From Candidatus Latescibacterota bacterium (GTDB lineage: Bacteria; Latescibacterota; UBA2968; GCA-2709665): a DNA stretch of 64,000 nucleotides. The number at the start of each line of letters is the position of its first letter. Position 1 is the first letter of the stretch. A program made the position numbers and the translations under genes. A model generated the notes under the pieces. The model made no database searches and had not been told where the DNA came from. It was given only the letters and a program-made list of their open reading frames with translations. Below, piece by piece: positions 1-9,187 of this stretch. The DNA lies in the NCBI GenBank assembly GCA_965219455.1, contig OZ244744.1, positions 3,360,001 through 3,424,000 on the forward strand, read 5' to 3'.

Positions 1-1028
1 ACCGCCTGGAAGAACGCCCCGTGCCGCGTCCGGGACCGGAGGAGGTCGTGGTCCGCGTCAAATCCGCGGGGATCTGCGCCAGCGATCTCAAATGTTATCT
101 GGGCGCCCCGCTCTTCTGGGGAGATGAACACCGCGAGGGATACTGCCAGGCCCCCGTTATCCCCGGCCATGAATTCATTGGCGAAGTCGTTCTCCTCGGT
201 TCCCGCGCCGGTGAGAAATACGGACTCGCTATCGGCGACATGGCGATCTCCGAACAGATCGTCCCGTGCCACGCATGCCGCTACTGCAGGCGCGGCCAGT
301 ACTGGATGTGCATGCGGCACGATATCTACGGCTTCCGGCAGAATACCTTCGGTGCGATGGCCCGATACATGCGTTTCCCAGCCGACGCTCTCAACTACAA
401 GGTTCCCGCGTGCATTCCGCCCGAACACGCCGTGTACATCGAGCCGCTTGCGTGCGCCATTCACGCCGTGCAACGGGGCGGTATCGAACTGGACCACGCC
501 GTGGTCATCGCCGGCGCGGGACCGCTGGGCCTGGGGATGGTTGCCGCCGCCCGGCTCAAAAACCCCCGCCTGCTTATTGCCCTGGACCTCAACGACCACC
601 GCCTGGAGGTCGCCCGCGCCTGCGGCGCGGACCTGGTCTTCAACCCCCGAAAGACAGACGTCATCCGCGAAGTGCGCCATCTCACCGACGGGTATGGTTG
701 TGACGTGTACATCGAAGCGACCGGGCATCCCGACGCCGTGGAACAGGGTCTGCACATGATCTGTAAACTCGGCACCTTTGTGGAATTCAGCGTGCTTCGA
801 GATCCGGTGACGACGGACTGGACAATCATCGGCGATACCAAGGAACTCAACATCCACGGCGCCCACCTGGGACCCGGTTGTTACCCCATCGCTATCGACA
901 TGATCCAAAAGGGCCTATTGCCAATGGATCGTATCGTGACCCATCGCCTGCCTCTTGAGAGATTTCAGGACGGCATGGATCTCGTCGCCGCCGGCGACCG
1001 ATCAATCAAAGTCATGCTCCAGCCGTGA
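1..1028 (+). CDS. Zn-dependent alcohol/polyol dehydrogenase (erythritol/L-threitol dehydrogenase-like), 5' truncated by window edge
   Basis: GICASD, GHEFIG, CxxCxxCx7C structural Zn site, GAGPLG Rossmann motif; frame is open upstream of the GTG at 21 to the window start. Confidence 0.85.
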   Translation, partial: RLEERPVPRPGPEEVVVRVKSAGICASDLKCYLGAPLFWGDEHREGYCQAPVIPGHEFIGEVVLLGSRAGEKYGLAIGDMAISEQIVPCHACRYCRRGQYWMCMRHDIYGFRQNTFGAMARYMRFPADALNYKVPACIPPEHAVYIEPLACAIHAVQRGGIELDHAVVIAGAGPLGLGMVAAARLKNPRLLIALDLNDHRLEVARACGADLVFNPRKTDVIREVRHLTDGYGCDVYIEATGHPDAVEQGLHMICKLGTFVEFSVLRDPVTTDWTIIGDTKELNIHGAHLGPGCYPIAIDMIQKGLLPMDRIVTHRLPLERFQDGMDLVAAGDRSIKVMLQP

Positions 1029-1363
1029 CCGGACGAAGCGCGAACGGTCCAGGAAACTTCTACCACCCGGACAGCCCGGCCACCGACAATTAACACTGTT
1101 CCTGAGGCTTTCTTTGGCAGATATTCTTTTCACCGGAAAAGCCTCCTTCGTACAGGAAAACATCCATCACCCAATTTCTCAACCATCTGTCGCGTGAGCG
1201 GCGATTGTCCGATGTGAGTGTTGAACGGTTGAAAAAGCCTATCGACCAGTGCATCCACGGGCGTAAAAAAATCAGGGAACGGTGTATAACTAGTCGCAGA
1301 CCAGTTCATTGGGAATTAAGAATGAACGATTGACAGACCATTGATTGAGAAGGAGTGATCCCC

Positions 1364-1615
1364 ATGCTCACATCGATTGAAGGAATGTATCGCGGCGGTA
1401 AAATTGAACTTCCGGAATTACCCTGCGATATTCATGAAGATACGCCCGTCATTGTCACATTTCTGCCAACACATTCTATCGATTTACAAAAACGCGGTAT
1501 TGACAAAGCACAGGCAGCAGATTTGCGTGAACGCCTGACGACCTTTGCCGAAGACTGGGAAAGCCCGGAAATGAGTATTTATGACAACTATGACGCAGCC
1601 AAATCCAACCTGTAA
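1364..1615 (+). CDS. Putative type II antitoxin (small protein paired with PemK/MazF toxin)
   Basis: AAGGAG RBS at 1350-1355, ATG 1364; AF2212-like N-terminus (IEGMYRGGKIEL...VIVTFL), acidic C-terminus; overlaps the toxin start. Confidence 0.65.
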   Translation: MLTSIEGMYRGGKIELPELPCDIHEDTPVIVTFLPTHSIDLQKRGIDKAQAADLRERLTTFAEDWESPEMSIYDNYDAAKSNL

Positions 1616-1957
1616 ACGCGGTGACGTCATTTTAGTGCTTTTTCCGGATTCTAACTTGCTTACAGCCAAGCCACGTCCGGGATTAATCGTTCAATCTGAC
1701 AATCTTCAAACCGGTTTATCGCAAGTGGTCGTATGGTCGTAGCGATGATTACTAGCAAGATGTTTCGCGCCAATCATTCGAGCCGTGTTACTATTTTACT
1801 TTCTACTCTCGAAGGACAACAATCGGGGCTACTTACAGATTCTGTAGTAATGGCTGACAATCTTGCCACAATCGTGGAATCGGCAATTGACCGCGTCATT
1901 GGTTCGCTTCCAATGACCAAAGTTGATGGGGCTCTCCGGCACACGCTGAATCTATAA
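1581..1957 (+). pseudogene. mazF: PemK/MazF-family toxin, frameshifted by 8-bp tandem duplication
   Basis: Frame from 1581/1590 reads KRGDVILVLFPDSNLLTAKPRPGLIVQSD...QVVVWS*; TGGTCGTA is duplicated at 1726-1733/1734-1741; removing one copy joins to AMITSK...DSVVMADNLATI...IGSL. Confidence 0.85.
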
Positions 1958-2160
1958 GTGCGAACTTTTATGCCTAATGTATTGCATATCTTTTTCGAGA
2001 TATAAGTTCTCTATTGATGTAGGGGTTGTTTTTGTAACGAGGGGATTCGATTGCGCGAGCTTGCAGGTCCCAAAATTGAGGCTGTGGATCTGGCCGATAG
2101 ACTGGGGACCGTAGTCTGATGAGCAAAACACAGATTCAGCGTTGACCAGGAGAGGATACA

Positions 2161-4215
2161 ATGGAAGAAACCGGGAAACCCATCCGCCGAAGACTAAGCA
2201 TCAACCCCGAGGGGGTCGTGCCGGACCTTCAGGACTTTCCTCTTCTCGTGGTCCTGCGGGACAACGACCTGAAACCTGTTGACAGGGGCGGTCATGTTCT
2301 CAGTGAAGACGGGAGCGACATTCACTTCGTTTCAAGCCAGGGCGATGCGCTGGCGTACCGTATCGAGTCCTACGATCCCGCAAACGGCGCCCTCAGGGCA
2401 AGAGTCAGAATCCCCTCACTCTCCGCGGCCACAAATCTATACCTGTGCTATGGCGCTGGACCGGTTTCGTGCCCGGACCCCGTTTGGGATACCCACTACA
2501 AACTGGTCAGCTGTCGAAGCGAATCGGTACGCTCCGAAGCATTCGAACACGCACAAACCCTGACTGTCGAAGCCTGGGTCCAAAGCGACCAGACCAATTC
2601 GGACGCCTTCCAGGCCCTCGTGTCCAAGTGGTCGCTGCGGCCGGTCATGGATACGTTCGAGTCCTATGATGCCGGGGACACCGACGGTCTGGACACCAGG
2701 GGCTATTTCGGCGCCGTCTCTGACGGACGATTCGTGTACTTTGCGCCGCAATGCAATGGTTCCCAGGAACGCCACGGCCAGGTTCTTCGATACGATTCCT
2801 GGGGTGGTTTCAACGATCCTGAAAGCTGGCAAGGATACGACGCCGGGTGTACGGACGGACTCAACACGAAAGGGTACTACGGCGTCGTGCACGCCGGGAA
2901 CCATATCTATTTTGTCCCGCGTACCGACGGGCGTGCGCATCACAGCCGGATTCTGCGTTACGACCGGCGCGGGGAATTCCACGATCCCGGAAGTTGGCAG
3001 GCATACGATATCGGCAATAACATTTCCCACCAGAGCGCCGCCTATGACGGACGTTACATCTACCTCGTGCCCGGATACGAGGTAGACGGGTCCGAAACCG
3101 GCCGAGCCGTCCGGTACGATACGCGGGGTGATTTCAAGGATCCAGCCAGCTATGTCATCTACGATGCCGGTAATACCGGCGGACTGGAGTCGAGAAATTA
3201 CGACGGCGCCACCTTCGATGGACGTTACGTCTATTTTGCGCCGCTCAACGACCGCGGCATCGTGCTAAGACACGATAGCAAGGGCGAGTTTGACGATCCG
3301 GCGGCCTGGCAGGCCCTGGATGCCAGTGGTCAGGGCATGGGGATGTGCGTGGGCGCCATTTTCGACGGACGCTACATATATTACGTACCGTACGCCCACA
3401 GTAACGCCGTACGGTACGACACGCGGTGCGACTTCATGGACCCTGAAAGCTGGGAAGCCTACGACGCCGACCGAACGTCCGGCCTGCACACCCGCGGTTA
3501 CGACGGCGCGGCCTTCGACGGTCAGTACATTTATTACATTCCGTTCTACGAAGGCGACGAACCCCAGCGAGGCTTCCACTGTCGCGTCCTGCGTTACAAC
3601 ACCTGCATGAACTTCACCGACAGGGCCGCCTGGGATGCCGCAGACGGAGGCGTATTCACCCATCCGCCTAATCCCGGCGGGTTCAATGGGGGCGCGTTCG
3701 ACGGACGCTACGTGTACTTCGCGCCATGGCGCGAAGATCCGGATGAAAACGACGCTCGGGAATACACGCCCCACGGAAAGGTGCTTCGCTACGACACCGC
3801 TGGCGACGCTTCCTTTATGCTCAAATACGTCGAATGCGGCCACAATGGCGGCCTCTGCGCCTCTCTGCCGGGTCCGACCTTCACCATTAACACACAAAGC
3901 GGCACCCGGAGCGTACGCGCCAACAGGACGCTCCCACCCGGCAGGCATCACCTGTCGGGCGTATACGACGGTGAACGGGCGACCCTGTTCATTGACGGTG
4001 CGCCAGTGGCTTCGACCGAAGCGTCGGGTCCCATCCGGTCCAGTCAGACACCAATCGAGATCGGCCGCCTCGCAGGCGGCGGGGCGCCGTTTCAAGGTGA
4101 AATCGAGGAAGTCCGTATCTCGAGTACCGCCCGATCCGATCAGTGGATCGACGTCACCTATCAGAACCTTGCGAATCCGACGGAATTCGTCCGCATGGGA
4201 CCGGAAGAAAGATAG
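2161..4215 (+). CDS. DUF2341-like N-domain + LamG/ConA-like domain interrupted by a 7-repeat beta-propeller
   Basis: DFPLLV...DGSDIHF...IESYD...LYLCYG start; LTVEAWV ... HHLSGVYDG...LFIDG...FQGEIEEVRIS LamG halves; seven (F)DGRY(V/I)Y(F/Y)xP repeats between them. Confidence 0.7.
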   Translation: MEETGKPIRRRLSINPEGVVPDLQDFPLLVVLRDNDLKPVDRGGHVLSEDGSDIHFVSSQGDALAYRIESYDPANGALRARVRIPSLSAATNLYLCYGAGPVSCPDPVWDTHYKLVSCRSESVRSEAFEHAQTLTVEAWVQSDQTNSDAFQALVSKWSLRPVMDTFESYDAGDTDGLDTRGYFGAVSDGRFVYFAPQCNGSQERHGQVLRYDSWGGFNDPESWQGYDAGCTDGLNTKGYYGVVHAGNHIYFVPRTDGRAHHSRILRYDRRGEFHDPGSWQAYDIGNNISHQSAAYDGRYIYLVPGYEVDGSETGRAVRYDTRGDFKDPASYVIYDAGNTGGLESRNYDGATFDGRYVYFAPLNDRGIVLRHDSKGEFDDPAAWQALDASGQGMGMCVGAIFDGRYIYYVPYAHSNAVRYDTRCDFMDPESWEAYDADRTSGLHTRGYDGAAFDGQYIYYIPFYEGDEPQRGFHCRVLRYNTCMNFTDRAAWDAADGGVFTHPPNPGGFNGGAFDGRYVYFAPWREDPDENDAREYTPHGKVLRYDTAGDASFMLKYVECGHNGGLCASLPGPTFTINTQSGTRSVRANRTLPPGRHHLSGVYDGERATLFIDGAPVASTEASGPIRSSQTPIEIGRLAGGGAPFQGEIEEVRISSTARSDQWIDVTYQNLANPTEFVRMGPEER

Positions 4216-4264
4216 GGCGAAACGCTGAGGCGCGTCGCCCTGATTGGGTTTCCGGTACAGAACA

Positions 4265-5161
4265 CTAGATCCGTCTGCCGATACCGCTGCCCGCCCGTAC
4301 GTGCACTTCAATGCCGCGCCTGGAGTCTTCGACAAGGTCGTCGTCAAACGCGATCATACCCGGTTCGAACAGCAATACCAGCGTGGACCCTCCGAACTGA
4401 AAATACCCCTTCTCCTGTCCCCTGTCGACCGATCCGGGTCTGTAGGTCTGAACGATGCTTCCGACGGCAAACCCGCCAATCTCGAGGTACGCGATCCGTC
4501 CGAATTGCCGTGAAGTAAATTCGGTAATCGCGCGTTTGTTCCGCCAGAATACGCCGGGCACCCTGGCAAGGCCCAACGGATTGACAATAAAGTACCGCCC
4601 GGCGACGACGCGCGCCGGTCCGGTCTTTCCGGAATCCGGAAAGTGGAACCGGTGATAGTCGTAAGGCGCGAGCCGAACGACCAGCGCCGAACCGTCGAGA
4701 TACGGACGCGCCTCCTCCTCGGAATCCAGCAGGAGTTGCAGTGGAACCGATGCCCCTTTGACCGGGATCCGGGCGCCATCCACGAGTTGCTGATAGGCGA
4801 GAACCTTACCGTCCGCGGGACAGGAGAATGTGTCGGGCGCCAGGTCAAACGGCCTGGCATCGGGTTTCAACCGGCGGGTGAAAAACGCGTTGAAACTGCG
4901 GTATCGATCCAGGGGAAATTCGATCTCTTCGACGTCAATGCCGTATGTTCTGACAAAACGGAAAATCTTCCGGCCACTTCCGGGACGCGCCTGCATCCAG
5001 CCGTATAACCGGCAAAAGACCGAATTATTCAGCAAGAGGTGGAAAAGCCCGAGGAAGAATGACGAATCGAACCACCGCTGGAAGCATGCATGAGACAGCG
5101 GCTCCGTTACCATTCTTCCGGACCTGCGGTCCCGATACGTAATCTCGGAATCGTCACCCAT
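4265..5161 (-). CDS. psd: Phosphatidylserine decarboxylase proenzyme
   Basis: SFNAFFTRRLK, CPADG, RLAPYDYHRFHFP, KGYFQFGGST self-cleavage motif; likely start ATG 5161 (MGDD) overlapping the upstream gene's stop. Confidence 0.9.
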   Translation of the reverse strand: MGDDSEITYRDRRSGRMVTEPLSHACFQRWFDSSFFLGLFHLLLNNSVFCRLYGWMQARPGSGRKIFRFVRTYGIDVEEIEFPLDRYRSFNAFFTRRLKPDARPFDLAPDTFSCPADGKVLAYQQLVDGARIPVKGASVPLQLLLDSEEEARPYLDGSALVVRLAPYDYHRFHFPDSGKTGPARVVAGRYFIVNPLGLARVPGVFWRNKRAITEFTSRQFGRIAYLEIGGFAVGSIVQTYRPGSVDRGQEKGYFQFGGSTLVLLFEPGMIAFDDDLVEDSRRGIEVHVRAGSGIGRRI

Positions 5162-6989
5162 CTGCCTGTCGACACCCCGGAATAATGGGCAAAACAATGT
5201 GCGAAGGATGATCCGGATCGTGATATAACGCGTTTTCCGCCAGGACAACCCGACGGTCCCGCCCCAATGCGCCACCCGTATTCGGATTGATATCGAACCT
5301 GGGAAAATTGCTGCTGGAGACATCCAGCCGGATCCGATGCCCCACCCCGAATACGGTTGAGGTCGGATACATTACGATTTCCAGTTCATAAATCTCACCT
5401 GGCACCATCGACTCCGGTTTATCCCGCGAGTTCCGATAGCGCCCCCGGATGATGCTGTCCGTTATATTCTGAGCGAAACCGTCGGGATAGTCCGCCTCCG
5501 GTGGATGTACGTCGATCAGTTTGACGGTGAAATCCGTATCCGGTGCGGACGAAGACGCCCACAATATCATCGTTAACGGTCCCGTCACCTCTACGGCCTC
5601 GTCCAGTTCGGGGGTCTGGAAGACGAGAACGTCGCTGCGCGCCGACAGCGGCAGGTTGTCCCTGCATCCGTAAAAGCGCGTATCCCCTCGCTGATCGTAC
5701 ACGCCGGCAACGAGAACCGGATCCCCTGCGGACAGATTGCCGCCGATTGTGGGTACCGGATCCCTGGGATCGAACGTGTACCGACTCGGCCCGGAAGGTT
5801 CCGGCAGCTCCTGGCCGATTGTGCCGTCCGAACACAGGTAGTACGGCGTAAACCGCGTTTCGGGCAGCGGCCAATCCTCTACGTTCCGCCAGGCGCCCAT
5901 AAAGGAGAGGCGCCCTTCCCGGTTCCCGCGGCCGTCGCCGCCGCCCATCACGAATATGCGTACCGGCTTTTCCCGGTCGACCCCGTTGTCAATTCCCTTC
6001 AGCCACCTGTCGAACCAGCGCAGACGATATCCATCGTAATCGTCCAGCACGGATTCCGACCCGAAATCCACGTCTCCCGCGAACGAGTTGCCCCAACCGC
6101 CATGCGTCCACGGTCCCATCAGCAGGTGCTGTGGCGACTTCATCCTCTTCGACAGCGCCACGTAGTTGGCAGTGGTTCCCCGGGTGTATGAATCATACCA
6201 CCCGCCCAGATAAATCGTGGGTACGTCCGCGTGCTCGTCGTAGTAGTGGTCGATTGCGTATCCCCGCTGCTTCCAATAATCGTTGAAATCCCCTTCGCCC
6301 AGAAGATCCAGCACCCACTGCTCATAGGTGGGCAGAAGACGCAGGGCCGACGATCCCTTTCGGTAGGGCGTCCGCGTCATCCATTCTCCTATCCGTGCAA
6401 AATCCGCGTCCAATGCGGCCTTCAGCGTTGCATCGGCCAGCGCCTCTTTGCTCGTCGTTGCCATCCTGAACGCATAGATCATGAACCGCAACTCCAGCGC
6501 GCCGTTCTGCCGCATCGAACTGGTGTGATAGTTCGACGTGCCCACCGCGACAACCATTGCGTTCAGATGCTGCGGATTCAGGGTGGCCAGAGCACTCTGA
6601 TCGCTTCCGCAGTAAGACCCGCCCATCGTGCCTACGTGACCGTCGCACCAGGGCTGCGCGGCAACCCATTCAACGGTATCGTAGCCGTCGGGCGCCTCCT
6701 TTGCAAACGGATGCCACACGCCCTCGGATTCGAATCGCCCACGGACATCCTGCCGTACGGCCACGTACCCTCTCCGCGCGAAATAGCGGCCCTCGCTGAA
6801 TTTCGATTCCTTATCGTACGGAGTACGCTCGATAACCGCTGGAAATTCGCCCGGCACAATGCCGCCCTGCTTCGCCGGAAAATACAGATCCGTCGCCAAG
6901 CTTACACCGTCTCGCATGGGCACCATCACGTTTTTTCGGACGATCACATCGTACTCGATCCACGAGCCGCGCGCCTCGGATTCCGCCAT
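5154..6989 (-). CDS. CocE/NonD family hydrolase (peptidase S15)
   Basis: MVPMRDGVSLATDLY, RTPY, QDVRGRFESEG, GGSYCG nucleophile elbow, GGWYD, GPWTH, SSSNFPRF. Confidence 0.92.
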   Translation of the reverse strand: MAESEARGSWIEYDVIVRKNVMVPMRDGVSLATDLYFPAKQGGIVPGEFPAVIERTPYDKESKFSEGRYFARRGYVAVRQDVRGRFESEGVWHPFAKEAPDGYDTVEWVAAQPWCDGHVGTMGGSYCGSDQSALATLNPQHLNAMVVAVGTSNYHTSSMRQNGALELRFMIYAFRMATTSKEALADATLKAALDADFARIGEWMTRTPYRKGSSALRLLPTYEQWVLDLLGEGDFNDYWKQRGYAIDHYYDEHADVPTIYLGGWYDSYTRGTTANYVALSKRMKSPQHLLMGPWTHGGWGNSFAGDVDFGSESVLDDYDGYRLRWFDRWLKGIDNGVDREKPVRIFVMGGGDGRGNREGRLSFMGAWRNVEDWPLPETRFTPYYLCSDGTIGQELPEPSGPSRYTFDPRDPVPTIGGNLSAGDPVLVAGVYDQRGDTRFYGCRDNLPLSARSDVLVFQTPELDEAVEVTGPLTMILWASSSAPDTDFTVKLIDVHPPEADYPDGFAQNITDSIIRGRYRNSRDKPESMVPGEIYELEIVMYPTSTVFGVGHRIRLDVSSSNFPRFDINPNTGGALGRDRRVVLAENALYHDPDHPSHIVLPIIPGCRQADG

Positions 6990-7017
6990 CGCAATCCCCT
7001 TTTTTATCTTTTATTGC

Positions 7018-8118
7018 TCATTTCCGCTCTACGAACGCTCCCGCTTCACGCAGAGCCTCTACACCCGAGCCGCGCGCTTCGAGCGGGAATTGGACGGGAC
7101 GATTGCCCCCAAGCTGGGACTGGTAGATTGCCATCACCATTTCCAGGGACCGCAGGCCCACCCGCCCATCGCTCCGCAATTCACCATGATCCTCCAGCGC
7201 ACTTACCAACTCGTTCAGCGCGAGGACATACGTTGACGCGGGCGGCGGATGTTCGACCTGCGCCAGCTTCAAGGAGCTCCACTGAAATCCGCTATCCGGT
7301 TCGTAATCGTCCTCAACCGCCCGGTAGAGATGGACCCGTTCTCCCAGAAAACGGATCACGCCCTCCGTTCCTCGCAGTTCAAACGCATTGTCCGTATAGG
7401 CTGTCAGTTCCGCGCCGTGTACCAATCCTGTAGCCCCGTTCTCGAACTTCATCATTGCCGCGCCGAAGTCTTCAACCGCCCACGGCCGCATCCGCTGCTC
7501 CGCCATGCCGCACAACCATGCCACCTCGCCGGCGTACATATCCATCAGGTCGAAGTAATGGGTAAAGTCGTGCAGAAGCGGCCCCTCGTTCTCGCTTCGC
7601 CACCACGGGGCCGGTTTGCCGCCATCCATATAACAATAGACGTGATTCAGGTCTCCGATCGCGCCGTCCCGCAACAGCTGCAGTCCCAGGTTCCATTCCG
7701 GAGACCACCGCCGGTTGTGGTTGATCTGCAGCGGGATGCCCGCGTTGTCGCAGGCGTCGATCATGCGGTCGCATTCCTCCAGGGACAGAGCCATCGGCTT
7801 TTCGCAGATGATCGCCTTTGTCGCGGGCGCAGCGGCGCATGTTTCCACCATTTCGCAATGCAATTCAGGATGGGTGGCCACGATGCAGATGTCCGGCCTG
7901 ATCTCGTCCAGCATCCGCCGGTAGTCGTGATAGAGCGCGTCGATCCCGTATCGCTGTCCGAAGATCTCCAGCTTTTCGCGCCCCCGGTTCACACCCGCCA
8001 CGAGTTCGCAGTGTGCATGTTGCCGCAATGTATCGGCGTGGTTGTCCGGCAGATCGCCGAAACTGAACTGGTATCCCACGCGACCCGTGCCAATGATCGC
8101 CACGCGATATTTCGCCAT
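7018..8118 (-). CDS. Gfo/Idh/MocA family oxidoreductase
   Basis: IIGTGRVG, CEKPMA, NHNRRW, HYFDLM motifs; AAGGAGG RBS. Confidence 0.9.
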   Translation of the reverse strand: MAKYRVAIIGTGRVGYQFSFGDLPDNHADTLRQHAHCELVAGVNRGREKLEIFGQRYGIDALYHDYRRMLDEIRPDICIVATHPELHCEMVETCAAAPATKAIICEKPMALSLEECDRMIDACDNAGIPLQINHNRRWSPEWNLGLQLLRDGAIGDLNHVYCYMDGGKPAPWWRSENEGPLLHDFTHYFDLMDMYAGEVAWLCGMAEQRMRPWAVEDFGAAMMKFENGATGLVHGAELTAYTDNAFELRGTEGVIRFLGERVHLYRAVEDDYEPDSGFQWSSLKLAQVEHPPPASTYVLALNELVSALEDHGELRSDGRVGLRSLEMVMAIYQSQLGGNRPVQFPLEARGSGVEALREAGAFVERK

Positions 8119-8159
8119 CAGGACCTCCTTGAACCTCTTGAATTCAAAAGCCCAAACTT

Positions 8160-8190
8160 ACATGGATAGACAGGATGGACAGGATAAAAA
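8160..8190. repeat. Degenerate 9-bp periodic repeat (ACAGGATGG/ACAGGATAA type)
   Basis: acatggatag-acaggatgg-acaggataa in intergenic DNA. Confidence 0.45.
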
Positions 8191-8411
8191 CCCAAAGCAG
8201 GATAAATGCTCATCTTTCCGGGCTATGGCGATGGATCCGTACGCCCGCAGACCACGCGACATCACCCGTACCACCGCATTTCCGCAGTGTCTAATCGTAC
8301 TGAATACGCAATCCGATACTCTATACGGGCTTACTTGCATTGAGCTTAGCCTTGACCAGTTTGCTCTACCTGATCAAGCGTTCTGATCAATTAATCCCTC
8401 TCCGTCGCCTT

Positions 8412-8436
8412 GTAGGGGCGTCCCTTGTGGGCGCCC
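8412..8436 (+). repeat. GTAG-type REP palindrome
   Basis: GTAG GGGCGTCC CTTGT GGGCGCCC: GTAG tetranucleotide followed by an imperfect GC stem. Confidence 0.6.
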
Positions 8437-8509
8437 AGCCTCTGGCGGCGGTAGGGGTTCTCCGCAGCATTTTTCGGCTCATCGGAAACGGATTATTGAC
8501 GAATTTAGG

Positions 8510-9175
8510 TTAGTTTTCAGCGTTCTTGCCAAACAGCCAGCCGATTCCTACGCCGAATTCGAGTCCGCTGTAATCGCGTCGGTCGCCAACCGCCTCCGCA
8601 AAATCCGCCATCAGGATATAACCGAGGTCTGCAATCGCCACAAATGATCGACCCATCCTCAGGTCAAACCCCACTCCTGCTTGGCTTCCAAACGTCGTCA
8701 TGGCGGCGGACTTCTGGACCACCTGTAAACCGACTTCGCTTCTGGATTGAATCCCGGTGATGAGCCCTATGCCTGCAGTCAGAAAGGGCCTGAACGTGGT
8801 GTCGAGCGACAGCTTGCGCGGATAGTATCTCATACCGACGATCATGGGACAGATGACCGCCGCCTGCTGGGAGACGCCCAAAGGCCCGACACGTGAGCTC
8901 GCCTCGACGGCCAGAACCCCGAGCGTGGCGTAGCCGGCGACGTCCTCCCGCATCCTGTATGAATAGCCTATCGAGAAAAACAGGTCGTCCGCTCCAGCGG
9001 TCGTTTCTATGCCTATCGGGCCAATTTGTGTTGCCGCGCCGGTCGTTCCACCGTGATTCCGCAGTCCCATCCTGAGTTCAATGCGGGATCGCCTTTCCAC
9101 CTGGCCGGCACATATCATCTCCGGCGTTGCCAGCAGCAGGAAACACAAAAGTAGCGTCGTTCTCATTGTCGTCAT
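8510..9175 (-). CDS. Outer-membrane beta-barrel protein (OmpW/OmpA-like 8-strand)
   Basis: Signal peptide, alternating beta strands, RPFLTAGIG, terminal FGVGIGWLF. Confidence 0.7.
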   Translation of the reverse strand: MTTMRTTLLLCFLLLATPEMICAGQVERRSRIELRMGLRNHGGTTGAATQIGPIGIETTAGADDLFFSIGYSYRMREDVAGYATLGVLAVEASSRVGPLGVSQQAAVICPMIVGMRYYPRKLSLDTTFRPFLTAGIGLITGIQSRSEVGLQVVQKSAAMTTFGSQAGVGFDLRMGRSFVAIADLGYILMADFAEAVGDRRDYSGLEFGVGIGWLFGKNAEN

Positions 9176-9187
9176 TTGCGCCTCGTT

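Noticed and set aside
1733-1957. Stand-alone 74-aa gene
   Set aside because: It is the C-terminal part of the frameshifted MazF; its ATG is created by the duplication junction.
2110-2160. Hammerhead ribozyme (CTGATGAG)
   Set aside because: No downstream GAAA core or compatible stems.
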